From a virus (Duplodnaviria; Caudoviricetes): DNA of 64,000 bases. The DNA lies in IMG/VR virus record IMGVR_UViG_3300031993_000017; one strand, written 5' to 3'. The notes under the pieces were generated by a model. It did no database searches, was not told the origin of the DNA, and saw only the letters and a list, made by a program, of their open reading frames with translations. A program made the translations under genes and the position numbers. Below are positions 59,489-64,000 of the stretch, piece by piece; the stretch's first letter is position 1; each line of letters begins with the position of its first letter.

Positions 59489-60583
59489 TTAGATTTCTTC
59501 TAAGTCCATCATTTCAAACTCTACTGGTTTTGGACTTGTACAAGAGTACTTCTGGACAGTGGATCTGAGATCTAATGCATACTTATCTAGTACCGAATAC
59601 AGATGGTTCTTTGTGACAAACTTTTCTGAATCTGTCATCTCCCACGGCATCTTAGTAGGGTACAAGATTAGGTTCCCATAGCAATAAACTTGAATATCGG
59701 TTTCCAGGCTGATTATACGCGAAATCCAATATCCATATCTAGCAATACTACAATTTGTTAATTCATTCTGGATCTTTGACAGAACTGGGGAACTGTATGA
59801 AGCCTTCAGAGTATTGAAGTGATTCAAGCAAAACGACCGCATAACCAATTTATCAGGTAACTTGAATCCGTATCCTTCGATAGTTCGTGTTTTAGGAGCA
59901 GATCCAAATATGCTAGAAAGAAGTTGCTCTTCAGCTGAAATCGGTTGCATGATAGCAGGTTCACTGTGCTTTAGATAACTTGTAACTACTACTAAATACG
60001 GTTCAAAACCCTCAACAGCTTTAGCATCTACCCCATACTTGAATAATTCGTCACTGTCAAAAATGAACTGTGCAATAGATTTATCAGCTTCATAAAGTAT
60101 TCCGAAATAAAAAGATACTGTAAGTTTTGAGTCAACAATCCATGACAGATTAACAATAGTACTATTGTCAAACACGTGAGATAACTGAATGCCGAAATCT
60201 GGAGTTCTATTTGACGGATAATAATGTTTAGTTGCTTCTAGGAAATCTCGTAAGAATTTGTACTCTGCTACAGAACTATGCAGCCTCATGTTGATTTCTA
60301 AGTTTTCTAGCTCAAATTTGACTGCTTCAATCCACATCTTCAATTCTAACAAATTGAATGAACTTTCGTCATCAGAAAAATCAAAGTAGGTAGCTAAATC
60401 TTTGTAAGTTACTCCCCTATCTGCGTTTCCGGCAATCTTCAATAGGTCAGATCGTGTAAGCTCACACTCTTTGTCTACTAAACAATCGCTTATCTTTTTA
60501 GGATCTACATCACAAATTCTGGAGAATTCTGCTACTGAGCGATCTCCCAATGCTAGTTTCATTTTCTCTGACAGTTTCATCAA
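59489..60583 (-). CDS. Hypothetical protein with N-terminal HTH
   Basis: GDRSVAEFSRICDVD..KIS. Confidence 0.55.
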   Translation of the reverse strand: MMKLSEKMKLALGDRSVAEFSRICDVDPKKISDCLVDKECELTRSDLLKIAGNADRGVTYKDLATYFDFSDDESSFNLLELKMWIEAVKFELENLEINMRLHSSVAEYKFLRDFLEATKHYYPSNRTPDFGIQLSHVFDNSTIVNLSWIVDSKLTVSFYFGILYEADKSIAQFIFDSDELFKYGVDAKAVEGFEPYLVVVTSYLKHSEPAIMQPISAEEQLLSSIFGSAPKTRTIEGYGFKLPDKLVMRSFCLNHFNTLKASYSSPVLSKIQNELTNCSIARYGYWISRIISLETDIQVYCYGNLILYPTKMPWEMTDSEKFVTKNHLYSVLDKYALDLRSTVQKYSCTSPKPVEFEMMDLEEI

Positions 60584-61287
60584 TTATCACCTTCTACTTC
60601 AAATTCATCTTCGTCGTCAAATTTATCTACAATCTCTGAATCTACTACCCACTTATAGATGAGCGAATATCCGACATCATTTAAAGAACGAATCTTTGTT
60701 CCATCTTTTCGAAACAGGACCTTGTTGTTTTCTAGATCCGATACCATTTCTTGAAGAATACGCTCTTCATTGATTAAAATGATATCAGGAGCTTCGCCTT
60801 CCTGTAGAATGGCGAGCCGATTGTTTCTTCTGATAACTCTAACTACAAGTTCTGAAATATCTACCCACTGTCTAGGATTACATACAGCGTATACATCAAT
60901 AGGAATCTTTACAGATGTAAGCACATCTAGATTTGATCTTACTAGAATGGCTAAACACTTCAATGCGTTCGATCCTTGCAAGAAAAGTCCCGCAGTGTTA
61001 CCACCCTGCTTCTGAGCGTAAGCTTCTCTCGTTGTAAGAATTTCATAATCATTGAACGATTCCGATACTTTTTTACCGCATACATTGAACTGAATAAGCT
61101 TCTTTTTAGACTTTTCAGATACAAAAAATCTGATTATCCTAGATCCGTGAAGGACAGCCTCTAGATCTTTCTTATCGCATTTACATTTTTCTGCTAGAGA
61201 TTCAAGCTGTTCATCAACCTTGTTACAAGTTACTACAATAGGCGTAGTTAACTTAAAATCGAAAATGTATTGTTCTTTCATCATCAT
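60580..61287 (-). CDS. Hypothetical protein
   Basis: 235-aa coupled ORF. Confidence 0.55.
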   Translation of the reverse strand: MMMKEQYIFDFKLTTPIVVTCNKVDEQLESLAEKCKCDKKDLEAVLHGSRIIRFFVSEKSKKKLIQFNVCGKKVSESFNDYEILTTREAYAQKQGGNTAGLFLQGSNALKCLAILVRSNLDVLTSVKIPIDVYAVCNPRQWVDISELVVRVIRRNNRLAILQEGEAPDIILINEERILQEMVSDLENNKVLFRKDGTKIRSLNDVGYSLIYKWVVDSEIVDKFDDEDEFEVEGDN

Positions 61288-61640
61288 TCACCATCCTTAA
61301 CTTCATTTCTATAAAATTCTGCGATCTCATCAAAAGACTTCTTAACATCTTTCCAGATTGATTCGTATTTACAACTTGAAGTTGCGTCGTATGGATCTGG
61401 ATCCGTAAATTCAAGAGGTTTGCTGATCTTATCTACAGTGATCGGAATACGTATGTCAGGCTTCCGGTTCTCAGGTTTACCTTCATAGTCATACATAAGA
61501 GCACATTCTTCTATATCCTCATGAACGATCCAAAGAACCTCTTCCATTGAGTAAGTCTTCCTACCAGCTTTCGCACGAAACATGAAATCAGATTTTATTG
61601 ATTGCATGAGGTATTTTGAAAAATTGTCTACATCGTTCAT
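61284..61640 (-). CDS. Hypothetical protein
   Basis: 118-aa coupled ORF. Confidence 0.55.
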   Translation of the reverse strand: MNDVDNFSKYLMQSIKSDFMFRAKAGRKTYSMEEVLWIVHEDIEECALMYDYEGKPENRKPDIRIPITVDKISKPLEFTDPDPYDATSSCKYESIWKDVKKSFDEIAEFYRNEVKDGE

Positions 61641-61645
61641 GATAG

Positions 61646-62062
61646 TTATAGCTCCTCTAAAATAGTAAGATCATTGCGACTGCAATAATCATTCATAGCA
61701 AGTCTTACACAATCTTCCTGAGTCGGTTCAGTTCCTGTGTATTTTGTAATTGGATTGCTACGATCACCAAAGATGTGTCTTGACATGATGTATTTTCTAC
61801 CATGTTCTTCTCTTTCCAACACATATGCATCAAGAATAGTTGAATTCCATCTGTTGATCATTCTGTGTGCAAGATCTTTGTCTGTAATAGGTTTTGCGCC
61901 TTCAATTGGAAGCGTACCTTGACCGCTAGGTACATTAGGAAGATGACGATCAAATACATAGACCCAATATACTCCAGTATTCTTGTCTTGACTTACTCGT
62001 GACGATAAAATAGCTTCATTTCCTGTGTTTGCGTTTTCTACCTTCACTCTAACAGGTTTCAT
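61646..62062 (-). CDS. Hypothetical protein
   Basis: 138 aa; SD AAGGGAG. Confidence 0.55.
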   Translation of the reverse strand: MKPVRVKVENANTGNEAILSSRVSQDKNTGVYWVYVFDRHLPNVPSGQGTLPIEGAKPITDKDLAHRMINRWNSTILDAYVLEREEHGRKYIMSRHIFGDRSNPITKYTGTEPTQEDCVRLAMNDYCSRNDLTILEEL

Positions 62063-62077
62063 ATTAGTTCTCCCTTC

Positions 62078-63907
62078 TTATTTGATTTCGGTAATAAAAT
62101 CATCAAACTGACTAGAAACTTCTTTTACTCCTGCACAGATCACCTGAATATCTTTCTGTGTTGTTAAAACTTCAAATAGATTATTGATTCTATCAGAATC
62201 AAGATGATCAAGTAAATCATCTACTACAAGCAGCTTTAACGGTGCGTCAGATACAGAAACAATACACATCAACATAGAAAGTGTAAATAAGCATTTCTCG
62301 CCGGATGATAAATCATCATACTTAATATAACGATTGTCTCTGACGATTCCGAAACTAAAACTATTTGCTTTTCCATCAGAATAGAAACTTGCCTTTGTAT
62401 TACTGTCCATAAATAGGTTAGGAATATACTTATCCATAATGGTTGCAAATTTCTCAAATGGATTTCCAAGTCTAGGATCACACTGTAAACCATTGACACC
62501 TGTGTGTTTGTCCCAAGTCTTGTACATTTCAAGTTTTAGCTCAGCATCATATTTCTGCTCTGTAAATTGATCAATCAGTTTCTTCGCCTTCAGATTTGCA
62601 GTAAGTGCTGTGTATTCATCAAATGCCTTGTTATATTCGTCCTGGGCAAGTGCTAAGTAATCATCAGAAACAGGTGGAACATTTTTAATCTGTGTTAGAA
62701 TCATGTTTTTACGCTCACACTGACGTTTCATGCTGTCCATATACAGTTGTAATCCACCAATTTCCTTTTCACGCTCTGTTTTGATTGCTTCCTGTTGTGC
62801 TAAAGATTCTTTTGCAACTACGATGGCTTTCTCAGTTTCTTTTTGCCTACTTTCAATTTCTACAATCTTTGCTTTAATGGAAGGACAATCTGCATTGGTA
62901 AATGGACAAACGCCACAACTGTTAATAATAGTCTGATAAGAATTATATGAAGCCTGCAAAGTTTGAATTGTACTGCGGAATGATTCAATGGTAATTTTAT
63001 CCGATGCAATTCGATCTTCAAGTTCTTTCACTTTAATCTTAGTCTGTGCAAATTCCGGATAGGTTGCTAAATCAGTAGGTGCATCGGAAAGTTTCTCCAA
63101 CTCTTCACGAAGTTTTTCCTGCGATTCATAAGTAGCCTTATCCGACCTCAACTGAATGATACTTTCGCCCATCTTATCTAACTTGGACTTCAATTCAACT
63201 GGATCAACTGACATATCAACATCTTCTGAAATAACAAGTTGCTGAATTGCACCATTCAACCGTTCAACTTCTTTCTTTTCAAAAGATACACAAGTTTTGA
63301 TATACTCATTTGCAGCTCGAACTGCATCCAACCCGGAGAGCCCTATAATCTTTGCATTGATTTCTTCAACAGTTTCAGAAATAAACTTATTGTATTTAGT
63401 TTCTGCAAGCATTTTCAGCTGATATGATAAACTATTCGCAAGTTCTTTATTCCAATCGATCTCAGCATTTGACTTAGGTAAGAAATCTAAGAACCAATCC
63501 TTCAGTTTGTTAGCTGTCATACCTGCAAACTCAGTGAAATTAAACACCGGTAATTCTAGATTCCCAATAATGTCATCTAAACTGTAGTTTGTCGGAGTAA
63601 GTCTGAATGTAGGTTTGATCGTTGTCTTTGCTAAATCCCATGAACGATAGACAACAATTCGTTCACCATTGTCATTTAGAACAAGATTCACACCGATATG
63701 TTTTCCATCCTTACTATGGTTGAAAATAACATCTTTCGCCGTCTTATTGAGGCCTGGAATGTAGCCAAGTAATGCAAGCTGTATTGCTTGTAATACTGTC
63801 GTCTTTCCGGCACCGTTAGGTCCCTTCAAGTATCCGAAGTTATCAAATTCATAAATCTGCTTGGATACTTTGTTAAATTCTTCAATTGTAATGGATTCTA
63901 CTTTCAT
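62078..63907 (-). CDS. SbcC/Rad50-like SMC-family ATPase
   Basis: GPNGAGKT, coiled coils with central CPF....C hook, LSSGE signature, LLVVDD. Confidence 0.85.
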   Translation of the reverse strand: MKVESITIEEFNKVSKQIYEFDNFGYLKGPNGAGKTTVLQAIQLALLGYIPGLNKTAKDVIFNHSKDGKHIGVNLVLNDNGERIVVYRSWDLAKTTIKPTFRLTPTNYSLDDIIGNLELPVFNFTEFAGMTANKLKDWFLDFLPKSNAEIDWNKELANSLSYQLKMLAETKYNKFISETVEEINAKIIGLSGLDAVRAANEYIKTCVSFEKKEVERLNGAIQQLVISEDVDMSVDPVELKSKLDKMGESIIQLRSDKATYESQEKLREELEKLSDAPTDLATYPEFAQTKIKVKELEDRIASDKITIESFRSTIQTLQASYNSYQTIINSCGVCPFTNADCPSIKAKIVEIESRQKETEKAIVVAKESLAQQEAIKTEREKEIGGLQLYMDSMKRQCERKNMILTQIKNVPPVSDDYLALAQDEYNKAFDEYTALTANLKAKKLIDQFTEQKYDAELKLEMYKTWDKHTGVNGLQCDPRLGNPFEKFATIMDKYIPNLFMDSNTKASFYSDGKANSFSFGIVRDNRYIKYDDLSSGEKCLFTLSMLMCIVSVSDAPLKLLVVDDLLDHLDSDRINNLFEVLTTQKDIQVICAGVKEVSSQFDDFITEIK

Positions 63908-64000
63908 TAAATTTCCCCTTTCAGTAGGTGTTCTATCTTTTATAACGATTCAAGTTAGCTGAAATACGTCATTCTGAATCCTCCTCGTTGATGTAGATTA

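Noticed and set aside
225-63427. Numerous short plus-strand and nested ORFs in the ORF track
   Set aside because: They are antisense or out-of-frame shadows of long, well-supported minus-strand genes, with no SD or motifs
1-64000. tRNA, rRNA or reverse-transcriptase (DGR/retron) genes
   Set aside because: No cloverleaf/T-loop signatures or RT motifs recognised by eye; a tRNAscan run would be needed to exclude tRNAs fully

Overview
A 64-kb, AT-rich segment of a large tailed-phage genome. It is myovirus-like (T4-type portal and contractile tail sheath). GGAGG ribosome-binding sites and TTGACT-N17-TATAAT promoters point to a Firmicutes/Clostridia host. Almost all genes are on the minus strand. 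Modules in order: (i) tail sheath, neck, portal and terminase, with a TnpB and a highly structured ~300-nt non-coding region; (ii) a replication/recombination operon (DpdA-like transglycosylase, HolB/HolA/DnaX clamp loader, RecA, Cas4-like nuclease, DnaN-like clamp, family A DNA polymerase, SSB, primase, DnaB helicase); (iii) a divergent AT-rich control region with two sigma-like genes nearby; (iv) an amidase plus a folE-queE-queD-queC-queF 7-deazaguanine (preQ1) cluster; (v) an array of small, mostly acidic genes sharing an N-terminal M-[KR]-[RK]-x-I-x-[SA]-S leader; (vi) a tail fibre-like gene, a second TnpB and an SbcC/Rad50-like ATPase. Main observations: the polymerase gene carries four group I introns, mapped to the nucleotide, and is also split into two overlapping ORFs at a Hint-like segment. 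Two copies of a preQ1-I-like RNA motif with an enlarged loop and a covarying extra pseudoknot sit before queF (SD sequestration) and queC (terminator/antiterminator). The shared leader peptide may be a virion-targeting or processing signal. Several enzyme homologues look catalytically dead (NAD ligase, QueD, DnaC). All functional calls come from motif recognition by eye; no database searches were run.
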